Under the pieces are notes generated by a model. That model was not told the DNA's origin. It made no database searches and saw only the letters and a program-made list of their open reading frames with translations. Both the position numbers and the translations under genes were made by a program. A DNA stretch of 47,261 nucleotides, from IMG/VR virus record IMGVR_UViG_3300012210_000003; one strand, given 5' to 3'. Positions 35,604 through 42,255 of this stretch are shown here, piece after piece. Each line of letters starts with the position of its first letter. The stretch's first letter is position 1. This DNA comes from a virus.

Positions 35604-36079
35604 CGCGCGGCCCGATCGGCTAGGACCCGCTGCCAGGTGCGCACGACAACACGCGCCACCTCGAACCCGATCCATGCGGGCAACCCGTAGGCGACGACAC
35701 CGAACGCCAGGAACCACAGCCCGGCCGGCCGGGTCGCGGCGATGCCCATCAGGGTGGCCAGCCCGAGCGCGGCCGGTACGAGGATCTTCGCGGCCCGCCG
35801 GTTGATGGCCTGCACGCTGGACAACCGGCGTCGGTGTCGCGGCGGCCGTGGCCGCCTGGTCAGGCCGGCCCAGGTGACGGTGACGCCGGCCAGCAGCAGC
35901 CCGCCCAGTAGGACGTAGATCCCGGCGCGGTGCTCGGGCAGGGTGAGGATCGCGACGACCTGGCCGAGACCGACGGCGACCGGGAAGGCGTAGAGGACGC
36001 CGACGCGGAGGATGCTGGTGGCCCAGCCGGCGAGCGTGGCGATGCCGCGCACGACCGACGAACGGTGGATGGTGGACAC
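35600..36079 (-). CDS. polytopic membrane protein (159 aa, about 4 helices)
   Basis: Start at GTG 36079, preceded by GAAGGAG. The upstream part of track ORF 35600..36298 would overlap int. Hydrophobic helices throughout. Confidence 0.65.
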   Translation of the reverse strand: MSTIHRSSVVRGIATLAGWATSILRVGVLYAFPVAVGLGQVVAILTLPEHRAGIYVLLGGLLLAGVTVTWAGLTRRPRPPRHRRRLSSVQAINRRAAKILVPAALGLATLMGIAATRPAGLWFLAFGVVAYGLPAWIGFEVARVVVRTWQRVLADRAAR

Positions 36080-36114
36080 GGGGACTCCTTCGTGGTCATC
36101 GAAGGAGTGGCCCC
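36080..36114. other. Inverted repeat upstream of int (candidate attP core)
   Basis: ACTCCTTCG (36084-36092) / CGAAGGAGT (36100-36108), with GGGG/CCCC flanks and a 7-nt centre TGGTCAT. Lies 50 nt upstream of the int start. Confidence 0.35.
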
Positions 36115-36164
36115 TAGCGAAGTTTAAGGAGCCATACCCCTTCTCAGGGGCTACAGTACGCACC

Positions 36165-37658
36165 GTGAGCACACCACGCAATGATGACCTTCGTACCGGC
36201 CGCGAGTACCTGCGTGTCAGCGTCGACCGGTCCGGCCGCAGCAGGTCCACCGACGAGCAGCACGAGGACAACGCCCGAACAGCCGAAGGCCACGGCATCC
36301 AGCTCGGCGTCCCCTACCTGGACACCAATCGGTCCGCCTCCCGGTACGCACGCGTGGCCCGCGAGGACTTCGACACACTGGTCGCGGACCTACGCGAAGA
36401 CCGGTTCGGCGCCGACCATCTCGTGCTGTGGGAATCCTCCCGCGGCTCCCGGAAGGTCGGCGAGTGGGTTGAGCTGATCGAGCTGTTGGAGCAGCGCCGG
36501 GTACGTGTGCTGGTGACGACGCACGGCCGTGTCTACGACCCAGCGAATCCCCGCGACCGGCGGTCGCTGCTGGAGGACGCGGTCGACTCCGAGTACGAGT
36601 CGGCGAAGACGTCGTTGCGGGTGCGGCGCGACACCGCGTCGGCGGCGGCGAAAGGCCGCCCACACGGGCGGCCCCCGTTCGGGTATCGGCGCCGCTACGA
36701 CCCGGTGTCCGGTGTGCTGTCCGCGCAGGAGATCGACCCGGACGAGGCGCCGCTGGTGCGGGAGTTGTTCGACCGGCTCGTCGCGGGCCACTCGCTGTAC
36801 GCCATCGCGAAGGACTGGCGGGAACGCGGCATCGTCAACCGGTCCGGGAAGCCGTTCCTGGCGCCGCACCTGCGGAACATGGCCTTGAACGAGGCGTACC
36901 GAGGGTTGCGGCTCCACTCCCCCGGCCGGCGCGGCGGTAACCGTCCCTCGGAGGACGCGGTGATCTCGCTGGCGGCGTGGCCCGCGCTGGTGCCGGCACC
37001 GACGTTCCTGGCTGTGCGCCGGTTGCTGACCGCGCCGGAGCGGCGGGTGTCCCGGCCTGGCCGCGGGATTCATCTGCTGTCGATGATCGCGGTGTGCGAT
37101 CCGTGCGGGTCGGTGCTGCACGTGCAGTATGTGCGCGGCGTGGCCCAGTACCGGTGCAAGGAGCGCGGGTGTGCGGGCGCGGTCGAGTCCGAACTGGATG
37201 GCGTGGTCGAGCGGGAGATCGTGTTGTTCCTGGCCCGGCCTGAGTTGCGTGGGCAGTTGTCGGAGGACGAGACGGAGAACGCCGAGCTGGCCGGGGTGCG
37301 CACCGAACTGGCAGAGGCCAGGACCCTGGTGGTCGACCTGGTCAAGGCGGTGACGTCGAAGCAAATGACCGTGCAGTTGGCGGGGCAGGTGGAGCGGGAG
37401 ACGCGCCAGCAGATCGTGGTGCTGGAGCGGCGGGAGCGTGAGCTGACGACGCCGAGCGTGCTGCGAGGATTGATCGAGCCGGGGGCCGATGTGGCCGCGC
37501 GTTGGGAGGCTGCGCCGATGTCTACGAAGCGGATGGTGGCGCGGATCTTGTTGACGCCGGAGTGGATGGGTGAGGTGCGGGTGCGGCCGTCGGGGCGTGG
37601 TCGGCGGCGGTTGCCGGTGCCGGTGGGTGAGCGTGTGGTGTTCCTGCGGACCGCGTAA
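36165..37658 (+). CDS. int: large serine recombinase (integrase)
   Basis: YLRVSVDRSGRSRSTDEQ catalytic-Ser block, ESSRGSR, a recombinase-domain GYRR region, a Cys cluster (CDPC ... CKERGC) and a coiled-coil C-terminus. GTG 36165 chosen. Confidence 0.9.
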   Translation: MSTPRNDDLRTGREYLRVSVDRSGRSRSTDEQHEDNARTAEGHGIQLGVPYLDTNRSASRYARVAREDFDTLVADLREDRFGADHLVLWESSRGSRKVGEWVELIELLEQRRVRVLVTTHGRVYDPANPRDRRSLLEDAVDSEYESAKTSLRVRRDTASAAAKGRPHGRPPFGYRRRYDPVSGVLSAQEIDPDEAPLVRELFDRLVAGHSLYAIAKDWRERGIVNRSGKPFLAPHLRNMALNEAYRGLRLHSPGRRGGNRPSEDAVISLAAWPALVPAPTFLAVRRLLTAPERRVSRPGRGIHLLSMIAVCDPCGSVLHVQYVRGVAQYRCKERGCAGAVESELDGVVEREIVLFLARPELRGQLSEDETENAELAGVRTELAEARTLVVDLVKAVTSKQMTVQLAGQVERETRQQIVVLERRERELTTPSVLRGLIEPGADVAARWEAAPMSTKRMVARILLTPEWMGEVRVRPSGRGRRRLPVPVGERVVFLRTA

Positions 37659-37670
37659 CGAGGTTCTGGC

Positions 37671-37703
37671 GGCCAGGAGCCCGGGGTCCAGGGGCTGCTG
37701 GCC
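37671..37703. terminator. Bidirectional terminator-like hairpin after int
   Basis: GGCCAGGAGCCC-ggggtccag-GGGCTGCTGGCC: a 12-bp stem with one mismatch, between convergent genes. Confidence 0.6.
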
Positions 37704-37712
37704 GTCCGCGGG

Positions 37713-37973
37713 TCAGTGTGATCTGAGCTGGCGGACGGTGTCGTCGACCGTGGCTTCCTGCCGGCCGCGGTGGGTCGTGTCGCGCTGACGCAGAACCGCC
37801 CAGGTCGGCCAGCTCACTACCGTGGCCATTTCCACCAAGTTGCTGATCATGTTGGCGTGGATGTTGCCGACGGCCACCCCCACCGTGATCCACAGCCCGA
37901 GCACGGTTGTGAGAACGATTGCAGTGGTGAAGGCGATCACGGTGGTGGCGCCGGGGGTGAAACGCAGTTCCAT
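37713..37973 (-). CDS. membrane protein (86 aa) downstream of the repressor gene
   Basis: Start at ATG 37973, preceded by AAAGGACGG. Two hydrophobic helices. Same strand as the CI-like gene. Confidence 0.65.
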   Translation of the reverse strand: MELRFTPGATTVIAFTTAIVLTTVLGLWITVGVAVGNIHANMISNLVEMATVVSWPTWAVLRQRDTTHRGRQEATVDDTVRQLRSH

Positions 37974-38000
37974 GGAGAACCGTCCTTTGTGGATATTGAC

Positions 38001-38011
38001 GGGGGGGGGGG
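38001..38011. repeat. G11 (C11 on the coding strand of the downstream gene) homopolymer tract
   Basis: Eleven consecutive G in the spacer between the repressor gene end and the membrane gene start. Lies 27 nt upstream of ATG 37973. Confidence 0.95.
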
Positions 38012-38112
38012 TGCCTCCACTGCGGATTTCTTTTGGGATCACTCGTTCGCTACCGAACCGACAGTCTTTCACCCGTTTGGGGTAGACAATTGGTCACTTA
38101 GCGGCAGTGTGG

Positions 38113-38520
38113 TCACCCGGCTGGACGCTCGCGGGCCCGTTCGGCGTTGAGCCGGTCGACCTCGTCGTGCAGCATTCGTAGCGCCTTTTCCGGACCGTGG
38201 TCGCGCTCCCATGCCAGATAGATAAGCCTGAGCGCCTGCTGCTCCTGAGTAAGCGGCGGTTTGTCCATTTGGAGCGGTGTCGGATCACCGCCAGCCAGGA
38301 TGCCCTCGACGCTTCCTGGTGGCCATTGCAAGGCGCGCTCGATGCCGCGCACTGCGAGGTCTGTGAGCGTGGTCGCGCCGCTGCGGATCTTATGCAGGTT
38401 GCCGTAGGTCATGCCCGCCCGGTCGGCGACCTCGTTCCAGCGCAGTCCTAGGTCGACCCGCCGCCGGTTCATTGCCTTGTCGAGGAGCTTCCTCCGCTCC
38501 TGCTCACTCTCCGTGCTCAT
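38113..38520 (-). CDS. CI-like XRE-family repressor
   Basis: HTH block GLRWNEVADRAGMTYGNLHKIRSGATTLTD. Start at ATG 38520, preceded by GAGCGGGGGA. Divergent from the Cro-like gene. Confidence 0.8.
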   Translation of the reverse strand: MSTESEQERRKLLDKAMNRRRVDLGLRWNEVADRAGMTYGNLHKIRSGATTLTDLAVRGIERALQWPPGSVEGILAGGDPTPLQMDKPPLTQEQQALRLIYLAWERDHGPEKALRMLHDEVDRLNAERARERPAG

Positions 38521-38631
38521 GATCCCCCGCTCGGTGACATGAGATCTCATTACATCACATGAAGACGCCTGGGGACACCGCAGGTTCGCAGATCTCTGGC
38601 ATTAACATCTCATATGATGTAATGTCATCTC
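38521..38631. promoter_or_regulatory. Divergent immunity-switch region with repeated ATCTCAT/ATGAGAT half-sites
   Basis: Perfect palindrome ATGAGATCTCAT (38539-38550). ATCTCAT recurs at 38607-38613 and 38627-38633. Inverted pair CATTACATCA / TGATGTAATG. A/T-rich. Confidence 0.65.
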
Positions 38632-38883
38632 ATGCCATCCCCCCAGACGTTCAGCGGCGAGCGGCTCACGCGGGCACGCCTCGCGGCCGGCCTGCTCCAG
38701 CGAGAGCTTGCCGAGAGATGCATCGAGCGAGGGGAGAAGGTCGATCAGACGCAGATCAGCCACTGGGAGGCTGGACGCCACGCGCCGCTGCCCTCGAAGC
38801 AACGCGCGCTAGCCGAAGTATTGGGGTGCTCGGTCGATGACCTCCATGACCGCACGCAGGAGCCATCGGCGGTGGCGTTGTGA
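38632..38883 (+). CDS. Cro-like XRE-family HTH protein
   Basis: LTRARLAAGLLQRELAERC...QTQISHWEAGRHAP. Track ORF, divergent from the repressor. Confidence 0.8.
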   Translation: MPSPQTFSGERLTRARLAAGLLQRELAERCIERGEKVDQTQISHWEAGRHAPLPSKQRALAEVLGCSVDDLHDRTQEPSAVAL

Positions 38884-39044
38884 TCAGGCTTCAGAAACTG
38901 CCCGACGAGACCGTGGACGAGTTCCTGACCCGCGTCGCTATGACCGCACCCGTTCCCACCGGTGACGTGATGGAGCGGCTGCGCCAGCTCCTGCCGCCCG
39001 CCCCGCTTCCGTCTGCCGCCCGCCGTCTGGAGCGCGCCTCGTGA
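38880..39044 (+). CDS. hypothetical micro-protein (54 aa)
   Basis: GTGA overlaps at both ends (38880-38883 and 39041-39044). Below track cutoff. Confidence 0.55.
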   Translation: MIRLQKLPDETVDEFLTRVAMTAPVPTGDVMERLRQLLPPAPLPSAARRLERAS

Positions 39045-39172
39045 CCCGCCAGGAGCCCGAACCCACGCTGGCCGAACTCGCCGAGCAGTGCCGTCGGCGG
39101 CTGGTCGAGGTGGACAACGCGGACGCCGAACGCCGCGCCCGAGAGCAGGAGACGAGACCTCCCGATGGCTGA
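39041..39172 (+). CDS. hypothetical micro-protein (43 aa)
   Basis: GTGA-coupled start. Its stop is overlapped by the next ORF. Confidence 0.45.
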   Translation: MTRQEPEPTLAELAEQCRRRLVEVDNADAERRAREQETRPPDG

Positions 39173-39329
39173 CCCGAAGGTACCCGTCGGCGGCGCGACC
39201 AGCGTCCCGAAGGCCAAGAAGACGTACACCGCGCCGCACGAGGAGGTCCGCAGTGAGGCCACCCAGGCCAGCGTCGACCGCCACTTGCACGGTCAGCCCA
39301 CGAACCCGGACGGAACGGTGAAGTCGTGA
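39165..39329 (+). CDS. hypothetical micro-protein (54 aa)
   Basis: ATG 39165 overlaps the previous ORF by 8 nt. GTGA overlap at the 3' end. Confidence 0.5.
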   Translation: MADPKVPVGGATSVPKAKKTYTAPHEEVRSEATQASVDRHLHGQPTNPDGTVKS

Positions 39330-39424
39330 ACGAGAAGACCTGCGACACCTGCAACGGCGACGCCTGGGACAAGGACGGCAACGCCTGCGGCACCTGCGGC
39401 GGGAACGGAACGGTCGGCGGATGA
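39326..39424 (+). CDS. 32-aa zinc-ribbon-like micro-protein
   Basis: VNEKTCDTCNGDAWDKDGNACGTCGGNGTVGG contains CxxC ... CxxCxGxG (DnaJ-type Zn motif). Coupled at both ends. Confidence 0.5.
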   Translation: MNEKTCDTCNGDAWDKDGNACGTCGGNGTVGG

Positions 39425-39528
39425 GCGACAACCGCCGCGACTACGGGCCACGAGGCTGCGCCGAGTTCGCACTGCTGCCCGTACTGATCGCCCTGCTGAT
39501 GCTGCTGCGCAGGAAGGGACACCGGTGA
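39421..39528 (+). CDS. 35-aa membrane micro-protein
   Basis: MSDNRRDYGPRGCAEFALLPVLIALLMLLRRKGHR. ATGA-coupled start and TGATG-coupled end. Confidence 0.5.
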   Translation: MSDNRRDYGPRGCAEFALLPVLIALLMLLRRKGHR

Positions 39529-39665
39529 TGGACAACACCCGGATGTACGCCGAGGCCGTGGCCGACACGTGCCTGCTGTTCGAGCCGTGGTCCTCGCACG
39601 ACGCGGGCATGGTCGCCCGCCTGTTCGACGTGATCGAGGAAGACAGCCGCGACGAAGCGGCCTGA
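39528..39665 (+). CDS. hypothetical acidic micro-protein (45 aa)
   Basis: ATG shares one nt with the upstream stop. A strong hairpin follows. Confidence 0.5.
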   Translation: MDNTRMYAEAVADTCLLFEPWSSHDAGMVARLFDVIEEDSRDEAA

Positions 39666-39674
39666 GACGACAGC

Positions 39675-39702
39675 GCGGTCCGGCGCTTACCCGCCGGACC
39701 GC
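39675..39702 (+). terminator. Perfect 11-bp hairpin
   Basis: GCGGTCCGGCG-cttacc-CGCCGGACCGC. Shares the GGTCCGGC/GCCGGACC core with the hairpin at 43970-44006. Confidence 0.7.
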
Positions 39703-39725
39703 ACCTACCGAGCCAACCGACCAGA

Positions 39726-40154
39726 TTGGACGTCGAAGTGAACGACAAGCCCCATTCTACCGCCCCCACCGCAGCTTCGTTCGCGGCCGGCCTGCGTGCC
39801 CTCGCCGCCCTGATCGACAAGGAGCCGGGGCTGGCCAAGGACCTGCACGGCTCGGGACCGCATGCGTTCCTGCAATACAACCTCAACATCGACCAGCGCG
39901 CGCTGCTGGAGCGGTGGGTGCGGGCCGCGAAGAAACTGGGCGCCACGGTGACCAAGGCGCCCGAGACCGAGACAGCCCTTCCCGATGACATCAAGGTGTT
40001 CCTGGACTTCGGCTCGCTGCGTGTGACTTTGTGGGCTAACCGCAAGAAGGTCTGCGACCAGGTCGTCGTCGGCACCGAGATGGTGGACAAGGTCGAGTGG
40101 GTCTGCCCCGCGCTGACCAACGAGACGCTACTGGCCAGAAGTGCGGTGTCCTGA
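39726..40154 (+). CDS. hypothetical protein (142 aa)
   Basis: Track ORF with a TTG start (alternative GTG 39738). Confidence 0.6.
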   Translation: MDVEVNDKPHSTAPTAASFAAGLRALAALIDKEPGLAKDLHGSGPHAFLQYNLNIDQRALLERWVRAAKKLGATVTKAPETETALPDDIKVFLDFGSLRVTLWANRKKVCDQVVVGTEMVDKVEWVCPALTNETLLARSAVS

Positions 40155-40417
40155 TGTCAACTGTCACCTTCCCGAAGATCACGCACCAGGAGAAGCGGAC
40201 CGTTGTCTGTCCCGGCTGCGACCGGAAGCGCACGATCACCCGGTCCGACTACATGACGGTCAGTCCGTTCAACGTCGACCGCGAAACCGGCGAACCGCGC
40301 ACGCCGAAGCAGATCCGTGAGGCGCTGGTGGAGCAGGGTGCGCTGTGGACGCCGAGCGGTCCCGAACTGTGGCATCAGAAGTGCTGGGACGCGCTGGACG
40401 GCGGTGAGTCCTCGTGA
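40154..40417 (+). CDS. hypothetical protein (87 aa, CPGC motif)
   Basis: ATG 40154 (TGATG overlap). In frame with track ORF 40097..40417. Confidence 0.65.
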   Translation: MSTVTFPKITHQEKRTVVCPGCDRKRTITRSDYMTVSPFNVDRETGEPRTPKQIREALVEQGALWTPSGPELWHQKCWDALDGGESS

Positions 40418-40935
40418 CCGAACTGTCCACCACCGTGCCGCTGCACCTGGGTGACGTCGCCGTGCTCGGCCTGCTCGCTGTCGGCCTGTTTCTGCTGGGT
40501 CGTCTCGGCTGGATCGTGATCGACCTGGCCATCGACACCATGCGCCGGGGCACCGAATACTCCGGTGACATCCCCAACCACGGATACGCCGCATTCGACA
40601 GTGGCTCACCGGCCAGCGACCGGACCGCCGTCATGGACGCCACCCGCGAGGTGCCGGAAGACGACGAACCGTCCTGGCCCGGGAAGGCCCCCCTGCTGCG
40701 GCCAGCGCTCGTGCTTCACGAGCAGGCCGTGGTGCTCGGCGGCAACCCGGCACGGTTCGACCTTGCCAGCGTGCTGCCCGCCAACGGGAGCAGGCCGGAG
40801 ACGGCGTCCGAGACCAGCGGCCGGCACGCCAAGGTCGACGGCGACGACACCGCGACCGGCCTGATCCCGGTGGTGGACGACGAGGCCGCGCTGGCTGTCG
40901 TGGCGGCCGTGTCCAGTCAGGACGGTGTGTCGTGA
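40414..40935 (+). CDS. membrane-anchored protein (173 aa)
   Basis: GTGA-coupled start. N-terminal helix VAVLGLLAVGLFLLGRLGWIVI. Confidence 0.65.
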   Translation: MTELSTTVPLHLGDVAVLGLLAVGLFLLGRLGWIVIDLAIDTMRRGTEYSGDIPNHGYAAFDSGSPASDRTAVMDATREVPEDDEPSWPGKAPLLRPALVLHEQAVVLGGNPARFDLASVLPANGSRPETASETSGRHAKVDGDDTATGLIPVVDDEAALAVVAAVSSQDGVS

Positions 40936-41153
40936 CCGCGCCCCTGAATATCCCGCATGCCGCCACGATCGCCTTCAGGATGGGTGTCGCTGAAGTCGTG
41001 GCGGCCGAACTGCACCGGATCGCCGACGAGCACGAGCCGGAGGCGAACACCGAGGACTACGACCAGTCCGAGGCGGACCAGGACGAAGCCGTCCGGGGCG
41101 TGTGCCTTTCGCTGCGGCTGCGCGCCAACGAGTTGCGCAGGAGTGTGAGATGA
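40932..41153 (+). CDS. hypothetical acidic protein (73 aa)
   Basis: Track ORF, GTGA-coupled. Confidence 0.6.
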   Translation: MTAPLNIPHAATIAFRMGVAEVVAAELHRIADEHEPEANTEDYDQSEADQDEAVRGVCLSLRLRANELRRSVR

Positions 41154-41284
41154 CGACCTCCAGCCGCCGGCCGTCCCGCCGCCCCGTGCGTGGCCAGTTC
41201 GCCGGACACAGTGCCCCGCTCCAGCCGGATGGCATACCGGAACTACGGCATCACGCCGGCCTACGACCGGGAGGCGCACGGTGA
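41150..41284 (+). CDS. hypothetical basic micro-protein (44 aa)
   Basis: ATGA start overlap and GTGA end overlap. The codon-bias signal is ambiguous in the second half. Confidence 0.35.
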   Translation: MTTSSRRPSRRPVRGQFAGHSAPLQPDGIPELRHHAGLRPGGAR

Positions 41285-41550
41285 GACCCCCCTGCGGCAC
41301 GCCAGCCGGCGAAAAGGCCCATCGGCGGCGCCACGAACTCTCATGCCAGCCCTGCCTCGACGCGCTGGCCGACTACATGCGCGGCCGCTGCATCGCCACA
41401 GGTCACCGGCTGTCGGTGCGGGTTCCGCTCGACGTCGTACGGCTGTTGCTGCTGGCCGCACCGGAGGACGTTTTCGCCTCAGCTCGGCAGGAGTTGGGTC
41501 CGTGCACGGTCGCGGCGCTACTGGCCCAAACCAAGACGGTGGCGTCATGA
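41281..41550 (+). CDS. hypothetical protein with CGT..G...H.RR.E..C..C motif
   Basis: Track ORF with a GTG start. This Cys motif is common in small actinophage DNA-binding-like proteins (from memory). Confidence 0.6.
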   Translation: MRPPCGTPAGEKAHRRRHELSCQPCLDALADYMRGRCIATGHRLSVRVPLDVVRLLLLAAPEDVFASARQELGPCTVAALLAQTKTVAS

Positions 41551-41864
41551 GCACCACCGGAAACCTCGCCCGCCAAGCACCCGCCGGCCACCACTGGGTC
41601 TGGCGACCCACCATCTACGCCGAGCCGCTGCACGTCTGGGAAGTCCTCACCGCCGAGCACATCGGCCGGGAATGCCGCTACGGCACCCGAGCGGGACAGC
41701 CCGGCTGTGGCGAGCAGGCCGTGGCCCGGCTGAACATGGCTCGGGAGAACGAGTGGCCCGTGTGGGCGCACTACTGCGCCAAGCACCTGTTCACCCGCCG
41801 GATCGTGGACGGGGTCCTCCACACCTGTGTGCTGGAGCCGATCCCGGGCGGTGAGGCGGCGTGA
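41547..41864 (+). CDS. hypothetical protein (105 aa)
   Basis: ATGA-coupled start. In frame with track ORF 41190..41864. Confidence 0.65.
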   Translation: MSTTGNLARQAPAGHHWVWRPTIYAEPLHVWEVLTAEHIGRECRYGTRAGQPGCGEQAVARLNMARENEWPVWAHYCAKHLFTRRIVDGVLHTCVLEPIPGGEAA

Positions 41865-41974
41865 GCACGCATCGCATGCGGGCGTTCGTGCGCCGCCACC
41901 AACTCGCCGAAGACGGGCTGCTCCTGCTGATTGTGCTCGTCACCCTGTGGCTGGTGATCCTGTGGGCACACTGA
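41861..41974 (+). CDS. 37-aa membrane micro-protein
   Basis: VSTHRMRAFVRRHQLAEDGLLLLIVLVTLWLVILWAH. GTGA-coupled start. Confidence 0.45.
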   Translation: MSTHRMRAFVRRHQLAEDGLLLLIVLVTLWLVILWAH

Positions 41975-42255
41975 CGTGGCTCTGGTGGGTCGGCGGCATC
42001 TTCATCGCGACCATCGCGTTCCTGGTGTGGGTGCTGGCGTTCTGCCCGACCTGGACCCGCGACCCCGACACCCCCGAACCCGAACCGGCGTTGCAGGCGG
42101 CGCAGCACCGCGCCCGCGACGCCGGCGACCTCGATGTGCAGCACTGGCGGTCCTTCACCGACACCGTCCCCAACATCCGACTCGCAGCCATCGCCGAAGC
42201 CGCCGAACGAGCCATCGACGACATCCCCGCCGATCCCGAAAGGACTGCGCCGTGA
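41962..42255 (+). CDS. membrane-anchored protein (97 aa)
   Basis: GTG 41962, in frame with track ORF 41827..42255. N-terminal helix WLWWVGGIFIATIAFLVWVLAF. Confidence 0.55.
   Translation: MGTLTWLWWVGGIFIATIAFLVWVLAFCPTWTRDPDTPEPEPALQAAQHRARDAGDLDVQHWRSFTDTVPNIRLAAIAEAAERAIDDIPADPERTAP

Noticed and set aside
36012-36164. The N-terminal extension of the integrase ORF given in the track.
   Set aside because: It would overlap the divergent membrane gene start and the inverted repeat. GTG 36165 leaves the usual ~13 residues before the YLRVS catalytic block.
41229-41310. Possible frameshift or pseudogene across the C6 run (41287-41292). Third-position bias seems to move from frame to frame, and YRNYGITPA appears in a third frame.
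   Set aside because: ATGA (41150) and GTGA (41281) overlaps give a simple two-gene solution. The region is too short for reliable codon-bias inference. It is kept only as a low-confidence 44-aa CDS.
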